Source: Candidatus Latescibacterota bacterium
GTDB taxonomy: Bacteria; Latescibacterota; UBA2968; UBA8231
Direction of reading: 5' to 3'
Length of the DNA stretch: 64,000 nucleotides
Assembly: GCA_965243025.1 (NCBI GenBank)
Contig: CBDETY010000003.1
Coordinates: 6,496,001-6,560,000 of the forward strand
A model generated the notes under the pieces. That model did no database searches, was not told the DNA's origin, and worked only from the letters and a program-made list of their open reading frames with translations. A program made the position numbers and the translations under genes. Numbering within the stretch: position 1 is the first letter of the stretch; each line of letters begins with the position of its first letter. Shown here piece after piece: positions 50,574-60,483 of this stretch.

Positions 50574-53258
50574 ATGCGCAAAATTCGCGGGACACGGGAC
50601 CTCCGGCTGCGCGGTCTTGTCCTCGCGGCCTGGTGCGGCGTGGGACCGCTTGCGGACGACGCGCACGCCCAGAGCGGCCACAGCCTCCGCGGCAACGCCG
50701 TGGTCGTCGAGGGCGAGTCCCACTGGAATAACTGGAGCTTCCCGGCCGGCACGCTCAAGATAGACGCAGGCGGTGTGCGCCCTCGACTTTGGCGCCGGCA
50801 CACCAACGCCGTCCGCGACATCGTCGACAACCTCCGCTTCAACCCTCCCGATTATCTGAACAAGAAATCCCCGGATGAAATCGAGCTGCTCGACGCCGTC
50901 GACGCGGGCTCGAACAAGGCTGCGGTCGCCAATCTGTTCGACGGCGACATGACGACCTACTGGGAGCCCGAGTTTCCCGAAGGTGTGACTGCGGAGACTC
51001 TGGACCAGCACGGCTGGTTTGCCGTGGACCTGGGCCATTTGCTCACCGGGAACCGAATCGTGCTGCGCTTTGTCGACGAGGGTCTCGGCGATCCGTTCCG
51101 CCTGTTCGAGGTGATGGTTTCCGACGGTCAGAAGCCGGTGAAGGCGCTGGGGGGCGACGCGCTCGATTACACGCGCACATACCAGACGCTGCACCCCAAC
51201 CTCGGCGAGCGCGTCACTGAGATCGATCTCGCGAACCTGCCGGTCGCGGAGCGACGCAAGCGGCTCGTGCGGCTCGTCCAGGTCGTAGTCACCGGCTCTG
51301 CACTGGCGCGCGGGCGCGAGATCTCACGGGATGAGTACGAACGTTTGAGGACCGAAGCGCCGCAGGACACCGGTATGGTCGAGTACAGCAAGAGCCTCGA
51401 GTCCGGAGGTGAGCTCGCGGTAACGAGAGAGCTCTACGATAAACTCGAAGAGGGCCTGCGCGGGCCGATCCGCTATTTCCGCAGGGAGTTGCCGCGCCTC
51501 GCCGAGCTCGAAGTCTGGAGCGAGGGCGACGACATCTTCAAGGAGACCCTCTCCCGGGGCGGCCACTTTTCCCATACGACCACCCACATCCTCGGCGCTG
51601 CCGAGCTCAATCCTCAACTGCTGCTCGATGGGGAGATCGAGACGTATCAGGCCTTCCAGATGATGGCGTCGGGACTGCCGGACGCCTCGTTCCTCGTCGA
51701 TCTCGTAGTCGATCTCGGATCGTTTTTCTGGATCGAAGCGGAGCGCATAGTGCTCAATTTCCGCCCCAGCATATTTGCCTTCACGTTCGGTGAGCTTGCT
51801 CTCGATTTCTCCGACGGCGCGCGCGAAGCTGACGGATCGCTCAAATGGCACAGGCGTGCCTTCACTGCCGGCATCCCCAGGCGCGCGTCAAGCACCGGCT
51901 CGGTGCATCTGTACGCCTTCGACTTCGAACCCGTGAAAGCCCGCTTCTTGCGCATGCAGTACCGGCGTGCGGGAATCAACTCGTACCCGGGGGGGACCAC
52001 CACCGCCTTCATGGGCGAGATACAGTTGCACGGTCGGGGGTACCAGCCGCAGGTCGAGCTGACCTCCGATCTCGTTCAACTGGGCGGCAGCCGCAATCTC
52101 TCCACGATCGAGTGGGTCGCCGACACTCCGCCGGGAACGCGCGTCGAGCTGCAGACCCGCACGGGAAACACCCTCGACACCCTGCTGCACTACTACAAGT
52201 CCGACGGCACCGAGATCAGCGAAGCCCAGTACAACAAGATCCGCATCAAGTCGCAGAAGGGTCCCATCGTGCCCGAGGAGGTCGCCGGCTCCGACTGGGA
52301 ACCCTGGAGCGAGCCGTACGAAATCGCCGGCGGCAGCCAGGTCACGTCACCGTCGCCGCGCAGGCTGCTGAAGATCAGGGCCACGCTGCACTCCGATGAT
52401 CCAGACGTTCACGCGACCCTCAGGGAGGTGCGCCTCAATTTCTCCGAGCCGGTAGCCGACCGGTTGCTGGGTCGTCTGGTGCCCACGCGCGTCGATTCGC
52501 CCGGGGTAGAAGGCGCTTTTTCGCTTTTCGTCGATCTCGAATCCCAGGCCAATCCGTTCGACGAATTCCTGCTGCGCGCACCGCCAGGCATGAAGCTCGC
52601 ATTCGACCCCTCGCGCGAGCACGTGTTTGCGGGGCCCGCTTCTGCGTTTGGGGATCGCGCCGACCCGAAGGCAGACGGCCCGACCGATCGGACGGTCGGC
52701 GACGTTCAGGTCCTGGCGACCGGCGACAGCCTCCAGCTGTCGTTTGCGCCCGTGAGGTCTGGCGTGGAGGTAGTGCGCGTCGATTTCCGGGGCACGCTGT
52801 TCTCGAGCGGGGGGCGACTCCAGGCACTGATGCGCAACTCCGACGACGGCGTGTGGCAGCGGGTCGACGAGGAGGTCACGCGCACTTCCCTGCAGCTCGT
52901 CGCTCAGCCACGGCGCAAGGTGCTCTTCGGATCGCTGGAGCTCGATCCACCGGCGTTCTCCCCGAACGACGACGGCCTCAACGACGCCGTAAAGTTCAAC
53001 TTCACGTTGATGCTCGTCGGCATAAGCGCGGCGGTCGAGGTCGAGATCTTCGATCTGACCGGCCGCCGGCTCAGGCGTCTCGAAGAGCAGCGCCCTGTCA
53101 GTGCGGGCACATACTCGATCGCCTGGGACGGCCGCGACGAGGCGGGTGTAGTGGTTCCCCCGGGCCTGTACGCCGCCCGAGTTCGTCTCGATTCCGACAC
53201 GGAAGGAGCGTCGATCGTCAGCCGGGACCTTCTGCGTAATGTAGCGGTGGTCTACTGA
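50574..53258 (+). CDS. Large secreted protein with discoidin-like repeats and FlgD/CHU_C-like CTD
   Basis: Signal peptide ending AHA; two LxDGD..T units, W.PWS.PY, SPSPRR, FSPNDDGLND...WDGRD..G..VPPG.Y. Confidence 0.75.
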   Translation: MRKIRGTRDLRLRGLVLAAWCGVGPLADDAHAQSGHSLRGNAVVVEGESHWNNWSFPAGTLKIDAGGVRPRLWRRHTNAVRDIVDNLRFNPPDYLNKKSPDEIELLDAVDAGSNKAAVANLFDGDMTTYWEPEFPEGVTAETLDQHGWFAVDLGHLLTGNRIVLRFVDEGLGDPFRLFEVMVSDGQKPVKALGGDALDYTRTYQTLHPNLGERVTEIDLANLPVAERRKRLVRLVQVVVTGSALARGREISRDEYERLRTEAPQDTGMVEYSKSLESGGELAVTRELYDKLEEGLRGPIRYFRRELPRLAELEVWSEGDDIFKETLSRGGHFSHTTTHILGAAELNPQLLLDGEIETYQAFQMMASGLPDASFLVDLVVDLGSFFWIEAERIVLNFRPSIFAFTFGELALDFSDGAREADGSLKWHRRAFTAGIPRRASSTGSVHLYAFDFEPVKARFLRMQYRRAGINSYPGGTTTAFMGEIQLHGRGYQPQVELTSDLVQLGGSRNLSTIEWVADTPPGTRVELQTRTGNTLDTLLHYYKSDGTEISEAQYNKIRIKSQKGPIVPEEVAGSDWEPWSEPYEIAGGSQVTSPSPRRLLKIRATLHSDDPDVHATLREVRLNFSEPVADRLLGRLVPTRVDSPGVEGAFSLFVDLESQANPFDEFLLRAPPGMKLAFDPSREHVFAGPASAFGDRADPKADGPTDRTVGDVQVLATGDSLQLSFAPVRSGVEVVRVDFRGTLFSSGGRLQALMRNSDDGVWQRVDEEVTRTSLQLVAQPRRKVLFGSLELDPPAFSPNDDGLNDAVKFNFTLMLVGISAAVEVEIFDLTGRRLRRLEEQRPVSAGTYSIAWDGRDEAGVVVPPGLYAARVRLDSDTEGASIVSRDLLRNVAVVY

Positions 53259-53399
53259 CGCGCGACAACCATGGGGCGACTGCGCGGCGATTTGCGCCCG
53301 GTGAAACGGCGGTAGAGCCTTACGGATAGTGGGGCTGCGCGATAAAGTCTCTGCGGGACCGTTTCCGGCGAGGCCTCCTTCGAGCTGTCGAGGTTTGGC

Positions 53400-55412
53400 A
53401 TGAGGATACTGGCGACAACATGCATTGCAGCGCTCGCGCTGATGCTCGCAGGCCGCGACCTTGCTGCTCTGACCATCGTCCGCATCGGCGGCCAGGGGCT
53501 ACCGGGCCCTGAACGCGCCAACGACGAGGGGGTCAACTTCGTCCAGCTCACCTGGGAAGAGGCCACGGGCGGTGATTTCGGTTCCACGCGCCTGATCACC
53601 TTCGACGGCGGCTCGATCTCCCCGGTGTTCGCCCCGAAAGACCACAACCTGACGCCGGGCATCCGCGACAACGGCGGCAGCATTCGCAGCTCGACCGCGA
53701 CCGGGCACCTGCTGAACGAAGAGCAGCTCGACAACCTGTTCGACGGCGATCCGGAGACGGTGTACTTCGGTCTCACAGGGATGGGCGACGAGGCTGCCCC
53801 CGGCGGACGGTTTGCCTACAGCATGTACGATCCCGGCTGCGACTGCTGGCTCGACTACAAGCTCCTGGTCTTCGATCTGGGTGCTCCCTACAACGTTGGT
53901 CGCATTCACTTTCACACGCGTCCCGACCGCGCGCTCGATCGCTTCATACCGGCGTTGACTGTGGGTACATCGACAGACAACCCCAGAAAACCCGGTGAGG
54001 TCGATGCCAGAGACAGAGACGTGAGGAAGTTCAAACTCGGGGGATCTCGGCGGGAACTCTGGACGGACCTGGACCACATCGAGTTCGACATCTTGTACGA
54101 GGATTTCGAGAACACCGGGGCTGCCTTCGACCTCAAAACCGGGGGACCGCTCCAGGGGATCATCCTGTTCGCTCCCCTCGACCACTGGGAAATTGCCGAG
54201 TTCGAGATCTACGGTGGTGGGTTCGTGCCGCGCGCGGAATACATCTCGGACATAATCGACCTGGGGCGGCCATCGAGTGTGGACGCCGTGTCGTGGGGCG
54301 GTGAGGTAGCGCCCGGAGCCAGAGTCGAGATCAGTGCGCGCAGCGGCGCTGACGAGGACCCGAATCACTATTGGCGCAACACCTTTCTAGGAGACCGGCG
54401 GTCTCGTTTCGACGCCGACGGAGAGGAGTTGACCTTCAACACCTACCGCAGGCTCGAGGGCGGCGAGGCGGCCGGTATCTCACCTGACAGCGAGAACTGG
54501 GAGTTCTGGACGGCGCCCGCAGACTTTTCCGTGGAGGGACTCGCTCTGACGGCCACGTCGCCGCACGAGTACGCACAGTTCTCCATCGACTTCGAATCCG
54601 GCAACGATGCGGGCAGCCGCCTCGACTACATCCAGTTCGAGGTCACCCAGCCGCCGATCGCATCGCGCGTCGTAGGCGAGATTGTCCCGCTGGAGGCGCG
54701 CCTCGGAGAGGTCACGGAGTTCACCTACAAGCTGCGGCCCGTCGTTCTCCTGGAAGACTCGGGGTTCGACAGCATCCAGATCCACACTCCCATTGCTCCT
54801 GCCGCCATCGATGCCGTGCGCATCGCCTCGCGAACGCTGGGTGAGGAGGAGTACGAAGTCGTTCCCTACAACGGCCGGTTCGTCGTCGTCCGGGTGCCGT
54901 TCGTCGACATTCAGGCCTCGGGTGAGCTGATCGAGATCGACTTCCGCGCCGAAGTGTTCCAGGCTTCCACGTTGTTCCCGGGCAGAGTGTTCGACAGCAC
55001 TCGCCCGCAGGAAGTTCGCCACCGCGTCGAGCCGGGGGACGCAGACCCGCTGGTGGGCGCCGGCAGCCTTACCGTCAGGGCGGAGCGGGGAAGCGGTCGC
55101 GCCATCGAGCGCCTGCGCGTGTCCGCCCTGACTCCAAATGGCGATGGGATCAACGACCTGCTGCAGATCGAGTACGACCTGGTCAATCTCGCCGGGAGCG
55201 TACCTGTCGCCCTGGAGGTGTTCACACTGGCTGGCATTCCGGTCGCCACCCTGGACACGGATTCAGGTGGGAGCGGGCGTTTCACCAGCTCGTGGGACGG
55301 CCGTTCCGGCGCGAGTGAGCGAGTGCCGCCCGGCCTCTACCTTCTGCGCCTTACCGTTCGGGCCGATTCGGGAACCGACCGCGCCGTCGCTGCCGTTCCC
55401 CTCGCCTTCTGA
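53400..55412 (+). CDS. Secreted paralogue with discoidin-like domain and FlgD/CHU_C-like CTD
   Basis: Signal peptide; LFDGDPET, EIAEFEIYG.G, S.IIDLG, GEI.P, TPNGDG.ND...WDGR...VPPG.Y. Confidence 0.75.
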   Translation: MRILATTCIAALALMLAGRDLAALTIVRIGGQGLPGPERANDEGVNFVQLTWEEATGGDFGSTRLITFDGGSISPVFAPKDHNLTPGIRDNGGSIRSSTATGHLLNEEQLDNLFDGDPETVYFGLTGMGDEAAPGGRFAYSMYDPGCDCWLDYKLLVFDLGAPYNVGRIHFHTRPDRALDRFIPALTVGTSTDNPRKPGEVDARDRDVRKFKLGGSRRELWTDLDHIEFDILYEDFENTGAAFDLKTGGPLQGIILFAPLDHWEIAEFEIYGGGFVPRAEYISDIIDLGRPSSVDAVSWGGEVAPGARVEISARSGADEDPNHYWRNTFLGDRRSRFDADGEELTFNTYRRLEGGEAAGISPDSENWEFWTAPADFSVEGLALTATSPHEYAQFSIDFESGNDAGSRLDYIQFEVTQPPIASRVVGEIVPLEARLGEVTEFTYKLRPVVLLEDSGFDSIQIHTPIAPAAIDAVRIASRTLGEEEYEVVPYNGRFVVVRVPFVDIQASGELIEIDFRAEVFQASTLFPGRVFDSTRPQEVRHRVEPGDADPLVGAGSLTVRAERGSGRAIERLRVSALTPNGDGINDLLQIEYDLVNLAGSVPVALEVFTLAGIPVATLDTDSGGSGRFTSSWDGRSGASERVPPGLYLLRLTVRADSGTDRAVAAVPLAF

Positions 55413-55507
55413 TCGCCGGGGCCGGATAGCCCGATCGTCGCGGTTTTGCTACGATCGCGAGCGGACTTCAATCTTCCAGCGCTGCGGGATAGTCTGGTCG
55501 ATCGCAG

Positions 55508-55891
55508 TTACGTCTGCATTATCTGGATCAGGTTGCCGCAGGTGTCGTCAAAGACCGCAATAGTGACGTTGGCCAATTCTGTTGGCTCCATCGTAAAAGC
55601 TACGCCCAGTAACTTCAGTTTCTCATACTCTGCACGGATGTCCATAACGCTGAAGGACGCCGCCGGGATGCCCTGGTCAAATATCCCTTTCTGATATTCC
55701 TGTGCTACCGGGTTGTCATTTGGTTCAAGCAGAAGCTCGGTTCCATCCGGGTCATCGGGCGAGACGACGGTAAGCCACTTGAATTCCCCCACAGGCAAGT
55801 CATGCTTCTTCACAAAGCCGAGGGTTTCCGTGTAGAACCTCAGAGCTTCGTCCTGGTCACTTACGAAGACGCTGGTGAGTGTAATGCGCAT
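55508..55891 (-). CDS. VOC/glyoxalase family protein
   Basis: TSVFV.DQ..AL.FYT..LGF, WLTV, FDDTCGNLIQ. Confidence 0.9.
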   Translation of the reverse strand: MRITLTSVFVSDQDEALRFYTETLGFVKKHDLPVGEFKWLTVVSPDDPDGTELLLEPNDNPVAQEYQKGIFDQGIPAASFSVMDIRAEYEKLKLLGVAFTMEPTELANVTIAVFDDTCGNLIQIMQT

Positions 55892-55918
55892 ATCCGGCCT
55901 CCTTTTCTTTTCATAGTG

Positions 55919-56191
55919 TCACTTGAGCCATCGGTTCACGGCAGCCCTGAGGGGTTCATCGTCGAAGACAAGCATCCGATACTTGCCACGCTTCTCTGAG
56001 CTTACGAGCCCTGCTTGTTCCAGGAGATCAATGTGCTTGGCCAGGGCCTGTCGGGAGATGGCGACTTCATGCCGCATGATCAAGCGCCCCGTGAGCTCGT
56101 AAAGCGTCTGCTCCCTGCGCTCAGAGAGCTCGTCCAGCATCAACCTCCGTGTTGGGTCCGCGAGTGCCTTGAAGACCAGGTCTTTGTGCAT
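55919..56191 (-). CDS. ArsR/SmtB-family transcriptional regulator
   Basis: VFKALADPTRR..L..L, SRQA..KH..LLE.AGLV...K.G. Confidence 0.9.
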   Translation of the reverse strand: MHKDLVFKALADPTRRLMLDELSERREQTLYELTGRLIMRHEVAISRQALAKHIDLLEQAGLVSSEKRGKYRMLVFDDEPLRAAVNRWLK

Positions 56192-56199
56192 GCGCGCAT

Positions 56200-56229
56200 A
56201 CAATACGCAACCACAGGGTTGCATGTCAA
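56200..56229 (-). promoter_or_regulatory. Leaderless promoter with palindromic ArsR operator
   Basis: Minus strand TTGACA-18 nt-TATTGT, ATG follows 8 nt later; spacer holds GCAACC-N4-GGTTGC (56207-56222). Confidence 0.7.
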
Positions 56230-56539
56230 GGGGCGATTTCCCAGGCTGGCAGGAACCACATCCCCAGTCATTTGCGGGATTGGGTGAAGTGGGTCGTGCG
56301 ACCGTACCGCAAGCTGCCGGGCGCGGCACCGAATCAAGCACCTTCCGGTGGCGAGTCCGTCACAATCGTGGACAGAGAGGTAAAAGTACCTTGGGCGGAT
56401 TTTGCGTTTGCGTGGCGGGTAGAATTCACCTAACGTGCGTTCGCCGATTCGGCCGGAGGCCAAAGCTCCGTTTCTCAGAGCGAGGTCTACCAGTCGTAGT
56501 CTCCAAAGTGACTTTCTCTTTCCGGAAAGGAGAACCGTG

Positions 56540-58348
56540 ATGGTGAAGGCTCGAACCCTGTTCAATCCAGCATCCCTGATTCCTGTAGCCGCTCTGCTCG
56601 TGCTGGCTGGCGTCTTTTCCAATGCGCCTCCCGCCCTGGCAGATTGTCCACCCCCTCCCGGCGTGACATCCCCTGTGGCACCGAGCGTGACGGCGCAACA
56701 GGTGGAAGACGGCAGCGCTGCCCTGAAGGAATTCACGCTGGCCGCGAGGGAACAATTCGTCATGCAGCTCGAGACGGCTGAGAATCTGGGACAAGTGGTA
56801 TACTATGGATGTCTCTTCCGGCAAGAGGGGAGCTATTGGCATTCCGGTTCCACCTACCTCGTAATAATGAGGGCGGATGGCAGTGTTTTGATCCACGCGA
56901 AGAACATGGCATTGTCGAGCAGGCGACTCAACCCCCTTATTTATGCAGAGATCCTTTCTGCCCTGGGAGTACCCTCAACCGTTCTGGCCAACCTGGCATC
57001 TCCCGATTCTGCAATTGCCGTCCAGGCTAAGGCCGAAGTGGTTGATATATTGTCGCAAGAACCGGATGCCGCATTCGATGCGACCACCCCTGTACAAGAC
57101 CTGCGACCTGCCATACCGGGTGCCTCCGGCTATGCCGCCACATATTTGTCGGACTTTTTCAGAGGTCCGCTTGTGATGATAGCCGGTTTCGAGCTCAATG
57201 AAACTCATGTAATTGAAGAAGAGATCGATCACATTACCCCGGCCATTACCGCCAGGGACGTGGTAGATCGAGAAACCCTGAAAGCCTTCGTAACGGCAGC
57301 AGGGGAGTACTGTCTCGAACTTCGGAAAACCGGAAATTTCCCGGGTGGGATAGCCAGGATCGCACTTCGGGATCCGGACGGGCCCTGGAGACACGGTTCC
57401 GTGTACCTCTATGTCCTGGATACTACGAGCAACGTAATCCAAATACACGCTGCGTTTCCGAACAGGTACGAGCTTCGACCTCTGATAGCGACCGTCCGGG
57501 ACGCGGTTACCGGAGAACTCATACTACCGCAGGTCATCGAAGCGGCGAAAAGTGACCCGGAAGGCGGCTTCGTGGAGTATTACTTCGACGATCCCAATGA
57601 CGACACCGACAGCGCCGAAATCCCCAAGGTGGGATACGCACGCGAGTTCAAAACGCAAACCGAGTTAGGCGGAAGGGTAGTCCCGTACAACTTCATCATC
57701 GGGTCGGGGTTTTATGGGCGTGCGCCCGGTGTCGGGACGGGTCCCGGCACGGTCGTGGAGGCCACGGTGCTGGGCGACGCGGTGGAGGGGCTGGACGTCG
57801 GGTTTTCCCGCGCCATCGCCGGCCGTTCCCGCCATTACGCCTGGAAGGCGGTCACCGATGCCGACGGCCAGGCGACCCTGACCATTTCCGGCGGGAGGCA
57901 GGTGAGTGGTTTCTATGAGGCCCGTGCCCGCAACGCCGACGGCGAGGTCGTCGGACAGTGGCACAGCATTCCCCTGAATCGCGACAAACGCCAGGTCCTG
58001 GAACTGCCTCTGGGCGGCCTCATGAGGGTCGTACGGGTCGAGCCGTTGGCCGCGGCAAAGGCGGTGGCGTCGGCCAGCGGGCTTGCGCCCAATGTGCCCA
58101 ACCCCTTCAACAGCGAAACGCAGATTGCCTACCGCCTGTCCAATTCCGGCCCGGTGCAGCTGGTGGTCTACAATGTGCTGGGTCAGCCGGTGCGCACCCT
58201 GGTGGATGAGTTCCAGGCCGCCGGCTCCTACCAGGTCCAGTGGGATGCCCGCGACCAGCAGGGCGTCTCGCTGTCGTCAGGGATCTATATCACCCGCCTG
58301 AGCTACCCCGAGGGGGTGCAGACGCGCAGGCTGCTCTACCTCAAGTAG
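56540..58348 (+). CDS. Secreted double-Cache-domain protein with Ig-like region and PNPFN (T9SS-A/FlgD-like) CTD
   Basis: Signal peptide ending ALA; W.SGS.YL and W.HGS.YL Cache units, GGFVEYYFDDP, IGSGFY; N.PNPFN...WDARD..G...SG.Y; SD aaggag. Confidence 0.8.
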   Translation: MVKARTLFNPASLIPVAALLVLAGVFSNAPPALADCPPPPGVTSPVAPSVTAQQVEDGSAALKEFTLAAREQFVMQLETAENLGQVVYYGCLFRQEGSYWHSGSTYLVIMRADGSVLIHAKNMALSSRRLNPLIYAEILSALGVPSTVLANLASPDSAIAVQAKAEVVDILSQEPDAAFDATTPVQDLRPAIPGASGYAATYLSDFFRGPLVMIAGFELNETHVIEEEIDHITPAITARDVVDRETLKAFVTAAGEYCLELRKTGNFPGGIARIALRDPDGPWRHGSVYLYVLDTTSNVIQIHAAFPNRYELRPLIATVRDAVTGELILPQVIEAAKSDPEGGFVEYYFDDPNDDTDSAEIPKVGYAREFKTQTELGGRVVPYNFIIGSGFYGRAPGVGTGPGTVVEATVLGDAVEGLDVGFSRAIAGRSRHYAWKAVTDADGQATLTISGGRQVSGFYEARARNADGEVVGQWHSIPLNRDKRQVLELPLGGLMRVVRVEPLAAAKAVASASGLAPNVPNPFNSETQIAYRLSNSGPVQLVVYNVLGQPVRTLVDEFQAAGSYQVQWDARDQQGVSLSSGIYITRLSYPEGVQTRRLLYLK

Positions 58349-58368
58349 CGACGGACGGCACGTGGAGT

Positions 58369-60413
58369 ATGAATCCTCCCAGGAAGCGTGGTGGTTACTT
58401 TGTCGAAGACCCGGGGCAGGGGTGGAAGAAAGACTGGAAGCCCGGCACACCGGCCGAATACATCCAGCCCGGGATTCCCCACTGCGACATGCCCGCCTAC
58501 CGTGGGGAGCGATACGAGGCCACGGTGCCGGACACGCTCGATCTGGCCGAACGGGTTCGACTCGCCATTCACGGCATGACGGAAAATACGCATCCCGGCT
58601 GCGATCACGACCTGTATTGCGGCGTGGAGTGGCTTCCGTCTCCGCGGATGCTGTCATCCGGGTATTCGAGCGCCGATGTCACGGTGAAGTTGAAAGAAAG
58701 CCGTGTGTCTGGCGCGAATCATGTGCGGCAGCGAACAGAACCTGCACGTCGATCGCGTCTGGATGGATGTGTGTCTGAAGCAGCAGGGGGATGACGGTCT
58801 GATCTATATCCCGGTCAAAGGCCGTCCTTGGGTGCTCGAAGGCCATCCGGAATATATATCCGGCGGCATTCCGGACATCGATCAGTGGATTTCTCCGTTT
58901 ATGAACGGCCAGATGCTGCGAAACATGTCCGGCTACGCGGCTCGGGACGGCAGCGTGTTCTGGCCGGATCGAATCCGAAGGATCGTTGATGGACTTACGG
59001 CGTTGGCCGTGGACGGGGGTGAGTTCGCCTACTTCTGGCCGGGCGCCCATTCGGCACACGGGCGCCCATTCGGCACAGAAGACTTACCCGCCGAATGTCA
59101 GGCCGCGGTTACATTTCTCACAGGTCGAGGTGTCTATGGTGACGCTCGGCTTGACCCTCGCTTACAGGCAGACCGGCTATGAGCCTGCCCTGAATCTGGC
59201 CCGTAAACTACACGCCTTCCAGAGACACTGTTTTTTCACGCCTGAAGGCGCCATGCTCACACCCCAGCAAGGGTCGGTGAAAGCGCACCTGCTCGCCCAC
59301 GTCAGGGGCATGATCTCGATGGCCGACTACGGTCTGATCGCGCAGGATGACGAGCTCCTGCAGTTCGCGGCCAGCACCTATGAATGGGCGCGGACCGGAG
59401 CGAACCAGGAGACCGGATACTTCCCGAACCTCCTCCCCTGTCCGGGCTGGAGGATGCCGGAGAGGATTTCCGGCGTGATGGGAAACTGGCCGGAGGGCAT
59501 CCAAGGCGGGCATTGGACCCTGAGCTCGGCGGAGGATTTCAATCCGTGCGAAGTCGCCGGCCTGGCGGGCATGGTCGGTGTGGCCCTCAAGCTGAGCGAT
59601 CCGGAAGACGGCATCGCCGATTACTGGGACGATGTGGATCGGTGGGTGCGAAACATGATCGCCGAATCGCAGATGTTGGATACCGATTGGGTCTACTATC
59701 TGCCCGGAACCAAAGGGGGTGAAAGCCTCCGGGTCGATGAGCCGGTCCAAGTCGGTCCGAACTGGACGACCGAGCGTGTGCCTGAACGCAACCTGGGCTC
59801 CTGGCCGACAGCCGCTCTGCCCAACGACTGGTGCGGGGAAGAGGGGAAAGGCGGCTATTCGTTCAGTCCGTGCGATACGGCCTGGGTCACACGGACCCTC
59901 TATTGGGTCTGGAAACAGATGCTGACCTACAGGCACAGAACGCTCTCGGTGCATCTGCTGTTCAACCGGGCTTCGCCCTGGGCGGATATCGACAGCTACG
60001 TCCCCTATCAGGGCCGGGTCGATATCAGGGTCAAACAGCCTCTCGATCTGTGCGTGCGGATTCCGGAGTGGGTGTCGCCTCCCGATGTCGGCGTTCGGAT
60101 CGTCGGTGGCGACCTTCGCGCTCGCGATCGAACCACGGCATTCGACGGTCGATATGTCCGGATCGGCTCTGTGCGACAGGACGATGTGGTAACGGTCGCG
60201 TTTCCGATACCCGAGCGGACCGACAGCGTGGACATCCGGATGGGGGGCAGTCACGGACAGTACAGCCTGGTGCGACGGGGCAACGATGTCGTATCGATAT
60301 TTCCCCGCGGACGGTACTATCCGTTTTACCAGCAGCGAGGCCACTACCGCACCGGCGAGCCGCGTTGGCGAAAGGTGGAGCGGTTTGTTTCGGATGAAAG
60401 CGTGGATCAATAG
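58369..60413 (+). pseudogene. Frameshifted GH127-like (alpha/alpha-barrel + beta-sandwich) hydrolase
   Basis: Three consecutive frames joined by +1 shifts near 58696 and 59060; VPDTLDLAER, CE, YWDDVDR..RN, VHLLFNRASPW, S..PY.G, VRIP.W. Confidence 0.65.
59041..59078. repeat. 19-bp tandem duplication causing frameshift
   Basis: gggcgcccattcggcacac gggcgcccattcggcacag. Confidence 0.9.
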
Positions 60414-60483
60414 GAGTGGGACCACAAGGTGGACTCGCGTTTCAGAAGGCGGAACCGACGACTGTTGGCAGGGCGAAGAATAA

